DNA of 64,000 nucleotides from a virus: positions 6,476 through 70,475 of IMG/VR virus record IMGVR_UViG_3300027782_000078. One strand, 5' to 3'. The notes beneath the pieces are model-generated. The model was not told the origin of the DNA and did no database searches. It was given only the letters and a program-made list of their open reading frames with translations. Each line of letters starts with the position of its first letter. Positions within the stretch are counted from its first letter, which is position 1. Positions 1-10,448 of the stretch are shown here, one piece after another. Both the position numbers and the translations under genes were made by a program.

Positions 1-1026
1 ATTGCCAGATCGAATCAAATTGATATATTGACCAGAAGCAGTTGGTTTGGTAATGACTAAAGCCCCGTTATAGGCGTTATCTTTTCCTGTTCCGGAGGGA
101 GCAATGGACAACTTTCCAGTTATGCCAGCAACTCCGGAAACGTCAAGTTGGTATCCAGAAACAGGATTTCCGGAGAACCCCACTTCGCCCGTGTTGTTCA
201 TTCGCATGCCGCCCGTTCCGTTGAACCACGGAGCCAATACGAAATTTCCGGTTCCTGCCGATCCGGCGCTAAAGATAATCGCGTTGTCATTGGCGGAAAC
301 GAGATTATTAAATGACCCAGTTCCTGTTGTTCCGGGAAGAGCTAACATGAAGCGAGTTGAGTCAGTAAGAAATAATCCATCATTGCTTGCGGTGGTTCGC
401 ATATTCAATGCGTATCCGCCAGCACTAAGATCGGAAGTCCACGTTCCCACCAAGACTTGTCCGCCTCTTTTGATGCGAAATGGCGTAGCAATAAGTGTCG
501 ATCCATCATCAGCATACGTGCTGATGTAGAATTCCGACCCTGCATTTGCACCCGTCTCGGTAGTCAATGCTGTGCCTACTCGTATTCTAAGGGTCTGTGT
601 GCCAGTCTTGGTAAAACTTGAATATTCTTGAGATAGATTAGCAATAAGATTTGTGACCGTAAGAGTGGGAATGACTCCGGGAAGTCGAGCCGCGCTAATA
701 GTGCCAGACGTAATGTTTGTTGCTACCGTGGTGTCCGTAAATGCTGATGCGGAAAGTCCTACAGTATCCGCAATACGTTTCTCTGTTGCCGATGTTCCGG
801 ATTGGAAATAAAGATTTCCATCAGATTTGGCGTAAATCCTGCTCTTCGAAGCACCCGGTGCTGCCGGTGTCGTCATGGCGGACAGCACAAGTCCGGTATC
901 AAGAATATTGACGCCACTCGACACAGAAAGTCCGCCAGCAAGACTCACTGTTCCCGTATCAACAGATAGCGCAGTAATAGCCGAGCTTGCCGCGCTAATG
1001 CTTACTGACGTAGAAGATGCTGGCAT
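1..1026 (-). CDS. Tail fibre/virion structural protein, runs off the left edge
   Basis: ATG at 1026 (MPASSTSVSISAASS...); frame read at both ends and open at position 1 (...TASGQYINLIRSGN); Ser/Thr/Gly-rich like neighbouring fibre genes; absent from ORF track because it has no stop in the window. Confidence 0.7.
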   Translation of the reverse strand, partial: MPASSTSVSISAASSAITALSVDTGTVSLAGGLSVSSGVNILDTGLVLSAMTTPAAPGASKSRIYAKSDGNLYFQSGTSATEKRIADTVGLSASAFTDTTVATNITSGTISAARLPGVIPTLTVTNLIANLSQEYSSFTKTGTQTLRIRVGTALTTETGANAGSEFYISTYADDGSTLIATPFRIKRGGQVLVGTWTSDLSAGGYALNMRTTASNDGLFLTDSTRFMLALPGTTGTGSFNNLVSANDNAIIFSAGSAGTGNFVLAPWFNGTGGMRMNNTGEVGFSGNPVSGYQLDVSGVAGITGKLSIAPSGTGKDNAYNGALVITKPTASGQYINLIRSGN

Positions 1027-1032
1027 TACGTA

Positions 1033-1422
1033 TTACTCCGAAGGCTTTTGTAGAGTATCAATAATTTGTTTGTTATATGATGAAAGAAGTCTGGATGCTT
1101 CAAGTTGAAATAATTCTTCCGCACGCTGAATGGTGATCAGTCCTTTGCCTTCGCCGTTAGGAGGCAATCCACCAGAAAAATCTGGCATCTGAATTTCAGG
1201 TCCGGCATTTGCAATAAGTGATAACGAAGAAATGATGGATTGTTGCATTTCATTAATTTGCGATACTTTTTCTTGCAAGACAGAAAGTGCAGAAAGCAAT
1301 GCAGCAGATTCTTGCTGTGCAACAGATTCAATGATTGGAATTACATCGCTAGATTCCACCCATTCATCATGTTCAATTTCTTCAATTTCTCCCGTTTCGC
1401 AGTTTGCTACAATTTTTTTCAT
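1033..1422 (-). CDS. Hypothetical protein, fibre-associated
   Basis: 129-aa ORF with TAATG overlap to upstream gene. Confidence 0.65.
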   Translation of the reverse strand: MKKIVANCETGEIEEIEHDEWVESSDVIPIIESVAQQESAALLSALSVLQEKVSQINEMQQSIISSLSLIANAGPEIQMPDFSGGLPPNGEGKGLITIQRAEELFQLEASRLLSSYNKQIIDTLQKPSE

Positions 1423-2171
1423 TACAATAATCCATACAGCGTTAATTTAGTATCTGTTGTCCAGTATTGCGTTCCAGCATCACTTCCGACCGAGGTTGTC
1501 CAGTACAAATCAAATCTATCAAAACCCTGCCGTGATACTCCATTAACAAAAGAAAAATTTGATATGTGCGGGGCGGCGGAGTATCCATGATTATAAGACA
1601 TAGTGCCCTGAGATCCAATTTGATTTACATAATCAGCAAATAGTATTTGAATTGCTCCAGCCATGCCTGCTGATGTAGTATAACCGCCACCATACCAGAA
1701 ATATGCATAATTTTGACCGTTACCATAAGTTCCATTATACCCTGAAGTACTGTAAAACTGGTAAAACATCCAATTAAAAGGCAATCTGGAGCCATTTTTA
1801 TAGAAATCTACACAAAGATAGTAACTTTGCGCATTATATGTTGTAGCAACACTTCCCGTTAATTGCAAATTTTTATATGTTAGAGGAATGTTTGAAAACG
1901 ATATCCTGTTGGATAAATTTGTTCCGGCAATAGTGACAATGGATGCTATTGCTGCACTAGGAGTTGCAGCAAGTGCAGCGGAAATCGCCGATGATGTTCC
2001 TGAAGACACAGTTCTATCTTGTGAAAGTTCAAGCCACCTTGTTGTTGTTCCGCTATCAATAAGTCTTTTGTACAATTTATTTGTTGCAGTGTTGTACCAC
2101 TCATCACCGGCCTGAGCGTCAGATGGCTCATTCGGCGATGAGTAGTGCTTGATGTAATCCCTTTTTGACAT
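1422..2171 (-). CDS. Virion/tail fibre protein
   Basis: Start moved to ATG 2171 (TAATG overlap); N-terminal EPSDAQAGDEWYNT fibre motif; ISFSNIPLTYKNLQL-type C-terminal domain ending LTLYGL. Confidence 0.7.
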   Translation of the reverse strand: MSKRDYIKHYSSPNEPSDAQAGDEWYNTATNKLYKRLIDSGTTTRWLELSQDRTVSSGTSSAISAALAATPSAAIASIVTIAGTNLSNRISFSNIPLTYKNLQLTGSVATTYNAQSYYLCVDFYKNGSRLPFNWMFYQFYSTSGYNGTYGNGQNYAYFWYGGGYTTSAGMAGAIQILFADYVNQIGSQGTMSYNHGYSAAPHISNFSFVNGVSRQGFDRFDLYWTTSVGSDAGTQYWTTDTKLTLYGLL

Positions 2172-5002
2172 TACGCCTGTGCTTCCGTCCAAGACAGTCG
2201 AGAGATAAGCGACGCATTTGCTGTAGAAATAACCGGCGAAGCGCAAACGGTAATCACGTCAGGACCATCGGGAAATTTGTTCAACACACCCGCAAGCGAA
2301 GTGGTATTTCCTCCGCCAAGAATGCTGTTTCCCATATCCCGGACAAGTGCCAATTCCTGTTGTGTTACTCCGCCAAGATTGGTAAAAAATGTCAAAATGA
2401 TTTCTCCAGAGACAACAGTATTGTCGGTATTGGTAAAATATGCAACTTGCGCAAGGCTACTGCCGCCAACGGCTGTCCACACAGGGAGTGTTCCTCCAAA
2501 TGTTCCATTAAGAACAAGATCAATCTTGAAAGCGGCGAGCGTGGTATACACGTCCATTTGGCGCAAGATCAACTGCATGCGATTGACAATTTCTCTTTGG
2601 CCGAGAAGTCCAATAAATCCATTATCCACACTAGGGGAAACTCGTAGCGCAATAAGCGGACGACGAACAGTCGTGCTATTGAATATAGCCGGTGTGTTTA
2701 TACCAGCGGCAAACACAAGAGACTTGTCATCATCATATCTTCCGTCCATGGAAACGGCAGAACCCCAGTGAGAAATGGTGCTAGCCTGTGCAGGACTGTA
2801 CAATTCCACTTTTTGTGGAGCAACGGCAGAATACGTAAACGTTTGCGCCGATCCAGTTCCTCCGGCTGCTGCGCGGCCTGTAATATTTAGCGCAGTACTG
2901 GTTTTCCCAGAATAGGTGATGTATTCGATTGCACCGGTTGTTGCGGTGTTGCTAGACACGATCACTGTTCCCGATGCAGGAAAACGCGATGTATCGGAAA
3001 CAAAAAGATCTGATCCTGAAAGAGCAGTATTTGCCAGAGTTTGCGTCAAGTACGTATACGGAGCAATTGTATTTACTTCGTATCGGGCGGGAAGATTTCC
3101 AGATCGCATGTATGCTTCAGTGTTGACATTATTATTGACCATTCTATGCACATACATAACTTCACCGCGGTTATTCTTGAATCCAAATCGAATCGCTCCA
3201 GCACCATACCAAGAATAATCAATATAAAACATTTGCATTTTAGAAAGGTCAAGAGTAAATCCGCTATAGCCAGTTCCGTCCGCTTTGTCAATATTCCACT
3301 GCGACTGAGGAACGCGAATTTCGAGAGTTTTGGAAAGAATTCCTCTGGCAACAATGGTTGTACCTCGATATTCTGGATAAATATTCATGGCAGTATCAGT
3401 ACTGATATTTGAAACAAGATAGGACATTCCGCGAATTACGACATAATCTCCGGGCTTCAATTGAGTTGAAAATGCGGTTCCCGTCCCAACAATTGATGAA
3501 GATCCGTTGGTAGCAGCAATTGTTCCACTTAACTGAGTCGTACTACTTCTTTTTACAACATAAAGGGTTTGTCCATCAAATTCAAAAAAGAAACCATTTT
3601 GATAATCAAACATTCCGACACGGTTGGCGCTCCCGTACCATGACGATGGAGCAACCGTAAAAATGCCGCTTGTTGCGTTGGATGTGGCTGTAGCCGCCGA
3701 AGGAGTGGTGGCAGCGGTATACGTTAATGTAAGTACGTTAGCCACCGTGGCAACAAGGAATATGCCGTTATATGCGGTTTCAATACATCCTGAAACACTG
3801 ATATACGCTCCGGGAGCAAGTCCGTGTGGATATTTTGTCGTAATAGTGACAGTTGTTCCAGAACTGGTAATTGTATCAACTTGCAGAGAAGGCTTGAAAA
3901 TTGTTCCAGTAGAAAACTGAATACCTTTTCCTGATTGATATCGAAAATACCTTCTTGTTTGTCGTGTTACTTGATATCCATGTGATGCCAATTGATTGCT
4001 GAACTGCACACCACCATCAAATGCTCTGTGTGTGACATACCCTTGAGTTCTTGAGTAAAGCGAAGTTGTCGTGGTTGTAATTGTTCCTGTAAGAGCAGTG
4101 GAGATAGTGAAGGTATTTTTCGTAGGAGTCGTGGCAACAGCCCACGTTCCATTGACTCCAGTAACACCAGTTGTGCCTACAATAAATACATGATTGCCGA
4201 CATTCAGCCCATGCTCATTTGTTGTTGTGCAAGTCAGTATTGTTCCATTCAGCGTCATCGCAGTACCTGCATTTGCCGCAATAGGAATTGATGATCCAGT
4301 ATAAAAAGTTCCAGCAAATACATACGTTTTTGATGAATCAAGTAATGTAGAGGAAATTTGCGTAGGAGCAACGAATGTGCGATAGGTGAAAGAAACATTA
4401 GTTGAAATGGTATCTACTACCCACCATCCATCGGCGTTGGCCGTGTCATACGTGCCAATGATAAAAAAGGGAGTTCCAACGGCTAGTCCGAGTGTGCTAG
4501 TTGTCGTCACCGTTACGGTAGTTCCAGAGGATGTAATATTGGAAATGCCGAGCAGCGCAACGGTTGCATCATAAAATGCGCTTGGTCGCAAATTCAATGT
4601 AGAAATACTTTCCCACTTGGTTGGTTGCGTGCCATACTCAAAGTCTGTATCAATCAGCGACTGAGGAGTGCTTGTCCGCATTTTGCCAACAGGGTCCATG
4701 AGCGTTTCTGACGGAGTAATTTCAGAATACGTCTCCTCAAAAAGAATGCTTAACTTGTCAGTCGAAGAATGAGCAGTCGTGTTATATGCCAGCACGATGG
4801 TGGTTGTTTCCACACCCAGCGTCGCTGTTGGCGTGCATGCGGTAAACCCCAGATCTGGATCACTAAAATTATAAATGACAATATTTCTCGTAACATTTGT
4901 CACAAGGAGAAGTTGTTCGGCACGGATATATTTCCCATTTACTACAATGGTTCTTGTAGATGGAGTAAATGAGTATGATTCCAAAATTACATGCTTTGCC
5001 AT
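2171..5002 (-). CDS. Large virion structural protein with repeated beta modules
   Basis: 943 aa; repeated TVTxTTxxxHGLxxG modules; N-terminus (YSFTPS...LLLVTNVT...IYNFSDP) typical of phage virion proteins. Confidence 0.7.
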   Translation of the reverse strand: MAKHVILESYSFTPSTRTIVVNGKYIRAEQLLLVTNVTRNIVIYNFSDPDLGFTACTPTATLGVETTTIVLAYNTTAHSSTDKLSILFEETYSEITPSETLMDPVGKMRTSTPQSLIDTDFEYGTQPTKWESISTLNLRPSAFYDATVALLGISNITSSGTTVTVTTTSTLGLAVGTPFFIIGTYDTANADGWWVVDTISTNVSFTYRTFVAPTQISSTLLDSSKTYVFAGTFYTGSSIPIAANAGTAMTLNGTILTCTTTNEHGLNVGNHVFIVGTTGVTGVNGTWAVATTPTKNTFTISTALTGTITTTTTSLYSRTQGYVTHRAFDGGVQFSNQLASHGYQVTRQTRRYFRYQSGKGIQFSTGTIFKPSLQVDTITSSGTTVTITTKYPHGLAPGAYISVSGCIETAYNGIFLVATVANVLTLTYTAATTPSAATATSNATSGIFTVAPSSWYGSANRVGMFDYQNGFFFEFDGQTLYVVKRSSTTQLSGTIAATNGSSSIVGTGTAFSTQLKPGDYVVIRGMSYLVSNISTDTAMNIYPEYRGTTIVARGILSKTLEIRVPQSQWNIDKADGTGYSGFTLDLSKMQMFYIDYSWYGAGAIRFGFKNNRGEVMYVHRMVNNNVNTEAYMRSGNLPARYEVNTIAPYTYLTQTLANTALSGSDLFVSDTSRFPASGTVIVSSNTATTGAIEYITYSGKTSTALNITGRAAAGGTGSAQTFTYSAVAPQKVELYSPAQASTISHWGSAVSMDGRYDDDKSLVFAAGINTPAIFNSTTVRRPLIALRVSPSVDNGFIGLLGQREIVNRMQLILRQMDVYTTLAAFKIDLVLNGTFGGTLPVWTAVGGSSLAQVAYFTNTDNTVVSGEIILTFFTNLGGVTQQELALVRDMGNSILGGGNTTSLAGVLNKFPDGPDVITVCASPVISTANASLISRLSWTEAQA

Positions 5003-5023
5003 TTGTTTCTCCCCGAAATATTT

Positions 5024-7345
5024 TCAATCGCCCAGCACTATTGTACAAGAACTGAACGGATATTTTCTGCTTGATTGTGCAATGCTTATTTTATTTATGA
5101 CAGAATAGGAGCTTTCCCCAGCGTCGGGAGCATTGTATATCGTAATTCTACCATTTCTTACGCGATATCCACGAAATCCATCATAATCCATGATCCAAGG
5201 ATATGAGATTTGCTTCACGTATGGAGTCAGTCTTCTGCCGCTGATGTACAGTTCCAAATCTTTTGAGTCAACAATTGATAGTATGTCTGATTGATTTCTT
5301 TTTAATGAAAAAACGGTTGTTCTTCCGTCAAATTTTGAAGATATGTCGTCAGGAATAATGGAGTCATAGATCAATCCGGGCGAAGGAGAGGTGCTGGTAT
5401 TTCCCGAAATCCTGACTCCTGCACTGAAGTTCTGTTCAGCGGTCCATTGGTTTTGCGCCGAAAGAGAAATCTGTCCTTGGGTAACAGGATTGACGCCAAC
5501 CACAGTTCCCTGTGTTCCCGAAACAACGCCATCAGTTATTGTGGCATCTGGAATATAGACGAAATTCTGTGTTGTTCTTTGAAACCCAAAGAATCCCTTT
5601 TTTGCAATAGTTCCATTATGCCACTGAAAAGTAATTCCCTTGTCGTATCCATCATTTACGAGAGGGGTTAATCCACCGGTTCTTCCTCCAAGATCAATTG
5701 TAGGATTTTCAATAGCGGTTATTTGTACGCCATTGGTAATGAATCCGGAAGAGAACGTTTGCGCCGTTGTCCAAGTATTGGCATTGGCAAGATTGATCGA
5801 AATGGTTTTTGCAGCAGATCCGTCAAATGTTGTTCCGCTGTTAAAGAGTAATGAAGATCCAACAGAAAGGGATGCGCCTCCGCCACCTGTGCCGTTTGCC
5901 GCTGCGGTGATTCTTCCTTTTGCATCAACAGTGATGTTCGTATTGGTGTACGATCCCGCAGTCACTCCAGTACTGGGAAGGTCCAAAGTGATGGCCTGTG
6001 ATCCCGTCCATGTTGAAGTGGCTATGGAAGTTGCAGTGTCATATGCAGAGATTGCAGCAGCAAAAGTGACCGATAGATTTGAAGTGCTTTGCGCAGAAAC
6101 CAGCGATGACCAATATAAATTATTACTTCCATCAGAACGAAGGTATTGTCCAGCAGACGGTGCGGAAGCAGGAAGGGTATAGGTAGTGTTGTCTCCCGTT
6201 GCCGGAGAGACTAATCCTACATATCCTGCTGTAGAGCCAATGAAGCGAACTGCACCTTTTCCTGTAATTCGCAATCGTTCCGCAGCATTTCCAATGCCGC
6301 TATATGTTAAAAAAACCAAATCAGTAGTTCCGGATCCTGAAGAAACGTTGCCGGTAAATGCACTTACATCGGTTTGAATTGCGCGTATTTCGGCAGAAAA
6401 TGCGCTATTTAAAGCAAATCGTATTGCTACTGAACTTCCAGTAGATCCGTTAGTATTATTCAAAATCAAATTTGCGCCAAGTGTAGAAGAATTTTTGCGC
6501 ACCTCCAAGGATGAAGAAGGCGCTGTTGTTCCAATTCCAACGTCTCCGTCAGGAGTGATTCGCATGCGCTCATGCGCAGAAGTCTCTGTCGTGCCACTGG
6601 TTATGCCAGCAGCAGCGGTGCGGAAGATGATTGCACCACCGGCAGCAGTTCCAGTGCTGGTTCCGCCAAGGAGCGTCAAAGGACTGCCAGCAGTATCAGT
6701 GACTCCACTGCCTGCATTGGCCCCGGAGATTTGCGTAAATATTTGATTTGCATTGACTGAAAGAGTTTTTGCGGCCGACCCATTAAACGTAGTGCCAGAA
6801 TCAAAAGATAATCCAGTTCCAGCAGTGAGCGAGTTCGTTGTTGTGCCTACCGTACTTCCGCTAGTTGCTGAGGTAATGCGTCCTTTTGCGTCAACAGTGA
6901 TGTTCGTATTGGTGTACGATCCTGCGGTAACGTTCGTATTCGCCAGCGTCAAGGTAATCGCTGACGCTCCGGAACCCGTGGCATCTCCGTCAACGGTGAT
7001 GGACTGGTTTGCCGTCAGATACGTTGCGGTATCCAAGGCCCATGTATCAGCCGCGGTTTTCTTCAGGAAACCAGTCGTTCCTACGAGTCCTGCGATGGCA
7101 GTTAAATCAGCATCGAGAGACTGAGCATCCGTAATTCCGTAGCCCGATAGCGTCGTCGGATTTGTCGCGGCCGTGACTCTTCCCTTGGCATCTACCGTCA
7201 CGCTCCGGTATGTGCTGGCTGCAACTCCCGTATTCGCCAGAGACAGCGTTGTCGTTCCATTTGAAATGGACGCAGACAGCCCTGTTCCTGCCGCAATGTT
7301 TGCTGCAATAGTTAGCCCAGACGAAGAGAGCGTTCTGATCACCAT
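5024..7345 (-). CDS. Tail fibre protein
   Basis: 773 aa; GVTAGSYT..ITVDAKGRITAA repeats and ERMRIT..GDVGIGT fibre motif. Confidence 0.8.
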   Translation of the reverse strand: MVIRTLSSSGLTIAANIAAGTGLSASISNGTTTLSLANTGVAASTYRSVTVDAKGRVTAATNPTTLSGYGITDAQSLDADLTAIAGLVGTTGFLKKTAADTWALDTATYLTANQSITVDGDATGSGASAITLTLANTNVTAGSYTNTNITVDAKGRITSATSGSTVGTTTNSLTAGTGLSFDSGTTFNGSAAKTLSVNANQIFTQISGANAGSGVTDTAGSPLTLLGGTSTGTAAGGAIIFRTAAAGITSGTTETSAHERMRITPDGDVGIGTTAPSSSLEVRKNSSTLGANLILNNTNGSTGSSVAIRFALNSAFSAEIRAIQTDVSAFTGNVSSGSGTTDLVFLTYSGIGNAAERLRITGKGAVRFIGSTAGYVGLVSPATGDNTTYTLPASAPSAGQYLRSDGSNNLYWSSLVSAQSTSNLSVTFAAAISAYDTATSIATSTWTGSQAITLDLPSTGVTAGSYTNTNITVDAKGRITAAANGTGGGGASLSVGSSLLFNSGTTFDGSAAKTISINLANANTWTTAQTFSSGFITNGVQITAIENPTIDLGGRTGGLTPLVNDGYDKGITFQWHNGTIAKKGFFGFQRTTQNFVYIPDATITDGVVSGTQGTVVGVNPVTQGQISLSAQNQWTAEQNFSAGVRISGNTSTSPSPGLIYDSIIPDDISSKFDGRTTVFSLKRNQSDILSIVDSKDLELYISGRRLTPYVKQISYPWIMDYDGFRGYRVRNGRITIYNAPDAGESSYSVINKISIAQSSRKYPFSSCTIVLGD

Positions 7346-7710
7346 TACGACATTTCCACACCAAATGCACTAAACGACACTGAAGCGCTACTTGCTGAAA
7401 CAAGAAGATATTTATTCGTCGCGTCTAGAGTTACTCCGATGGTAAGGAATACCGAATCATTTGCGTTCACTGTTCCGTCATATGCAAGATATCCGTCATA
7501 AGCATTTGCTCCGGAACCTGTAGGAAAACTCGTGGACGCAGACACACAGACGCGATACGTAGCAGATGATCCGCTTGTATTGCATACAACGATGGTACTG
7601 GCAATGCTTGCTGTGCCAGTACATGTGTGCAGCAAGTTGGCGGTTGATCCAGCAGGACTACCGGTCGCTGTTGCGGTTATTGTTCCTAGTCTTTTGTATG
7701 CTTGCGCCAT
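7345..7710 (-). CDS. Small beta-rich virion protein (paralogue of 10074-10436)
   Basis: 121 aa; STIVVCN...ATYRV...YLAYD...SFSAFGVE pattern. Confidence 0.65.
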   Translation of the reverse strand: MAQAYKRLGTITATATGSPAGSTANLLHTCTGTASIASTIVVCNTSGSSATYRVCVSASTSFPTGSGANAYDGYLAYDGTVNANDSVFLTIGVTLDATNKYLLVSASSASVSFSAFGVEMS

Positions 7711-7786
7711 TTTGTTTCCCTTACTTTAAATATATCATTCTCGGTCAGACTAGAAATATCTTGCCTATCGTTTTAAAAGACAAAAC

Positions 7787-8224
7787 TTACAATAACTCTG
7801 CGGGTTTTAGTGGCCATTCAATGGAATATGGATCAGTCTGAAGAGTAATATCTCGCAATAATCTCCGATACTCAAGGATATCGGATCGTACAATTGACCC
7901 AGATTCCAAAGATTTAATGATCAGCCAATCACTTTGCATCAGCAGAATATTTCTATCTGAGCGAATTTGATGCCATTTATTGGAAATAATTATTGTTAAT
8001 TCTTCAGGAGATTTTGGCGAAATTTTCCAATGGTCAAGTTCCCATGAAATATTCTCTGTTTGATCATTGTATAATGGAGGATTGTGAACACGAACATATC
8101 CTGCCAGCAAAATTTCTTCGTTAGTAAATGTTGTGGAATCTGTGCGAGTTAATCCATTGGGCATTCGAATGCTCTCAGGAAGAACAGAAGGATATTGTCC
8201 ATTATAACTATACAATTCAATCAT
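7787..8224 (-). CDS. Tail fibre assembly chaperone
   Basis: C-terminal W..IRSDRNILL.QSDW...YRR.LRDIT.Q.DP..I.WP motif. Confidence 0.8.
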   Translation of the reverse strand: MIELYSYNGQYPSVLPESIRMPNGLTRTDSTTFTNEEILLAGYVRVHNPPLYNDQTENISWELDHWKISPKSPEELTIIISNKWHQIRSDRNILLMQSDWLIIKSLESGSIVRSDILEYRRLLRDITLQTDPYSIEWPLKPAELL

Positions 8225-8236
8225 TTTGTTTCTCTC

Positions 8237-9289
8237 TTATGTTGTAACAATATTGTATGCCGTTCCATCTGTAGGCACAGCAGAATTTCCTATAAATGTG
8301 GTGGAATTTTTTGCTACCACATATGATCCGCTTCCAGATGCATCTTTAGCATTAATTGTTCGTAATTCCAATTTGATTGTATTAGACGCAGAAGTAAAAG
8401 TCATGTCCCAAATTCGATTGACGGTGGTTGTAGTGTATGGATAGCCTCCTTTCCATCGTATTTGAAAAACACCTGAACTAACTGTCCTGTATCCAACAAA
8501 TTGATAATTTTCATCCGTAGAGCTGCCGGGATGAGCGCAAACTCCTATGCCCGGAAAAGCCGGTCCTGATGCGGTAAAAGAATAATAGGGATAAGTAAAA
8601 GCAGTAGCTGGTGAAGATACCCCAAAAACAACATACGAATTAGAATTAATGCCTACTCTACTGTATGTGCCGCCAAGAAAATTAAAACTAAACCCAACGT
8701 CCACCGATACATTTCCCTCATCTAACGCAGCACCAGAGTATAGGACAGTAAATGCAAGATCTCCGGGGTCACTGCTCAGGGTAGTAGAGGTAAACGTCGC
8801 CGATGTTGCTGATCCTGTTAAACTTGTATCAAGAATTGTAATTGTAGGTGTTGTGGCAATTATTGTTCCAGACACGCTTCCAGATCGGATAGTGACATTA
8901 AATTGTTCAGAGCCTTCAGTGAAGGCGTCAGTAGTCGTCGAAAGAGCAATTGTTCCAGATGATGAGGCATACGTTCCTGTCAAAGAAAACGAACCACTAA
9001 GGGCACCAATTGCAAAATCGCCAGCAGTAATAGTGCCACTTACTGTCTCAATGCTAAAATAATATGTTCCCACCGGATACGCTCCAGCAGTTACGCTTAT
9101 TAAAACTGTTATAGAATTGGTTTCATTTATAGAAGATAAATTCAGTGATGTATTAATAAATTTGTTTTGCCAAATTCCGGACTTGCTGTACATGCATTGA
9201 TCAAATAAATCAAAAATTCCAGAATCAGAGAGCTCTGATTGAGCAGAAGGATTTTTTAATCCTCCTATAATAGATGAATTTCTTCTCAT
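8237..9289 (-). CDS. Fibre/adhesin-like protein with Calx-beta/Ig-like domain
   Basis: ATGA overlap start at 9289; DAFTEGSEQFNVTIRSGSVSG Calx-beta-like motif. Confidence 0.65.
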   Translation of the reverse strand: MRRNSSIIGGLKNPSAQSELSDSGIFDLFDQCMYSKSGIWQNKFINTSLNLSSINETNSITVLISVTAGAYPVGTYYFSIETVSGTITAGDFAIGALSGSFSLTGTYASSSGTIALSTTTDAFTEGSEQFNVTIRSGSVSGTIIATTPTITILDTSLTGSATSATFTSTTLSSDPGDLAFTVLYSGAALDEGNVSVDVGFSFNFLGGTYSRVGINSNSYVVFGVSSPATAFTYPYYSFTASGPAFPGIGVCAHPGSSTDENYQFVGYRTVSSGVFQIRWKGGYPYTTTTVNRIWDMTFTSASNTIKLELRTINAKDASGSGSYVVAKNSTTFIGNSAVPTDGTAYNIVTT

Positions 9290-10074
9290 CCTGTTGCACC
9301 TTGAATTGCCCATCCAGCAACAGCCCAGTTGTCCGAATTACTATCCATGGTCCCGGATACCGAAAAACTCGTAGAGCCACTCGGGGGAACATATTCATAC
9401 TCCCACGTCCTCCATTGCGCGTCATAAAGAGCTGACCATTTTGCCGTCCCCCATCCACTCGGAGAAGTAATAACAAAATTTTTGTTCCATCCGTTTAAAT
9501 ATGACACGACTAAGTTATGAGCAGAGTTCATTCCTGTGGTAATAGAATAACTCCACGTTGTTCCTCCAGCACCTCTATTTGAACCCGGAGTGCTTACTGG
9601 ACTAGTTTGATGCACATTTTTCAAGCAATCAACCGCAGTTCCATAAAACGCACATCCATTTGTGTTAAATGTACAAGTACCAGAACTATCAGGATTAGCC
9701 AAATACCATGCAGCCATTCCTGCAACGCCTGATGATCCAGTCAAATCCAAGAATTTTGTCATGCTGGTTGCAACTCCGCCAACCGGATACGTTGGAGGAG
9801 TGACAAAAAAACCACTCTGATTGGAAAATTGATACGCAAACAACATTCGATTTGATGCGGCAGGAATAGTGATGGTCAATGTGTTTGTAACACTTTGTCC
9901 TGATCCGCCAGCGCCCACGTTTCCCATGCCAGAAACTGCTGGCGTAAATCCAGAAATTCTAGATACCTGAAGACTTCCTCCTACAGTTTGTGCATGCAAA
10001 ATGTCATGAACTCCAGTTCGCGGTACGTATTGCGATCCTATTATGCTTGATTGTTTTGTGTACCCAAAAGCCAT
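9286..10074 (-). CDS. Virion/receptor-binding-like protein
   Basis: 262-aa beta-rich ORF coupled to both neighbours. Confidence 0.6.
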   Translation of the reverse strand: MAFGYTKQSSIIGSQYVPRTGVHDILHAQTVGGSLQVSRISGFTPAVSGMGNVGAGGSGQSVTNTLTITIPAASNRMLFAYQFSNQSGFFVTPPTYPVGGVATSMTKFLDLTGSSGVAGMAAWYLANPDSSGTCTFNTNGCAFYGTAVDCLKNVHQTSPVSTPGSNRGAGGTTWSYSITTGMNSAHNLVVSYLNGWNKNFVITSPSGWGTAKWSALYDAQWRTWEYEYVPPSGSTSFSVSGTMDSNSDNWAVAGWAIQGATG

Positions 10075-10436
10075 TATGTAATTTCCTCATAACTTATTAC
10101 TGCTTCTAAGTATGAATTTGCGCTTGCAGTCAATCGAATGCTGTCATTTTCTTCAAGATATATTCCAGTATCTTTGGAAAGCACTACAAGCGTTGCCTTG
10201 GCAGGAACACTAATAATATATGCCAAGCGATACGAGGTAGCTTGATTTTTGTATATATCAACAGTTATGTCTGCCGCAGCCGTTCCATTAATATTTGAAA
10301 TAATTAACGAATTAGTCTTTAACACTTTGCCTGAAGATGCGCTATTCGTAAGTATGGCAGTTGCAGCCGTGGTAACTGCTAAACCAGCAGTTTTTCCATA
10401 TCCAGAAGCGGTATTGGCGATGTTTGGCGCTGTCAT
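10074..10436 (-). CDS. Small beta-rich virion protein
   Basis: 120 aa; NSLIISNINGT.AADITV...IYLEENDSIR...ISYEEI pattern. Confidence 0.7.
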   Translation of the reverse strand: MTAPNIANTASGYGKTAGLAVTTAATAILTNSASSGKVLKTNSLIISNINGTAAADITVDIYKNQATSYRLAYIISVPAKATLVVLSKDTGIYLEENDSIRLTASANSYLEAVISYEEIT

Positions 10437-10448
10437 TATTTTGTCCTT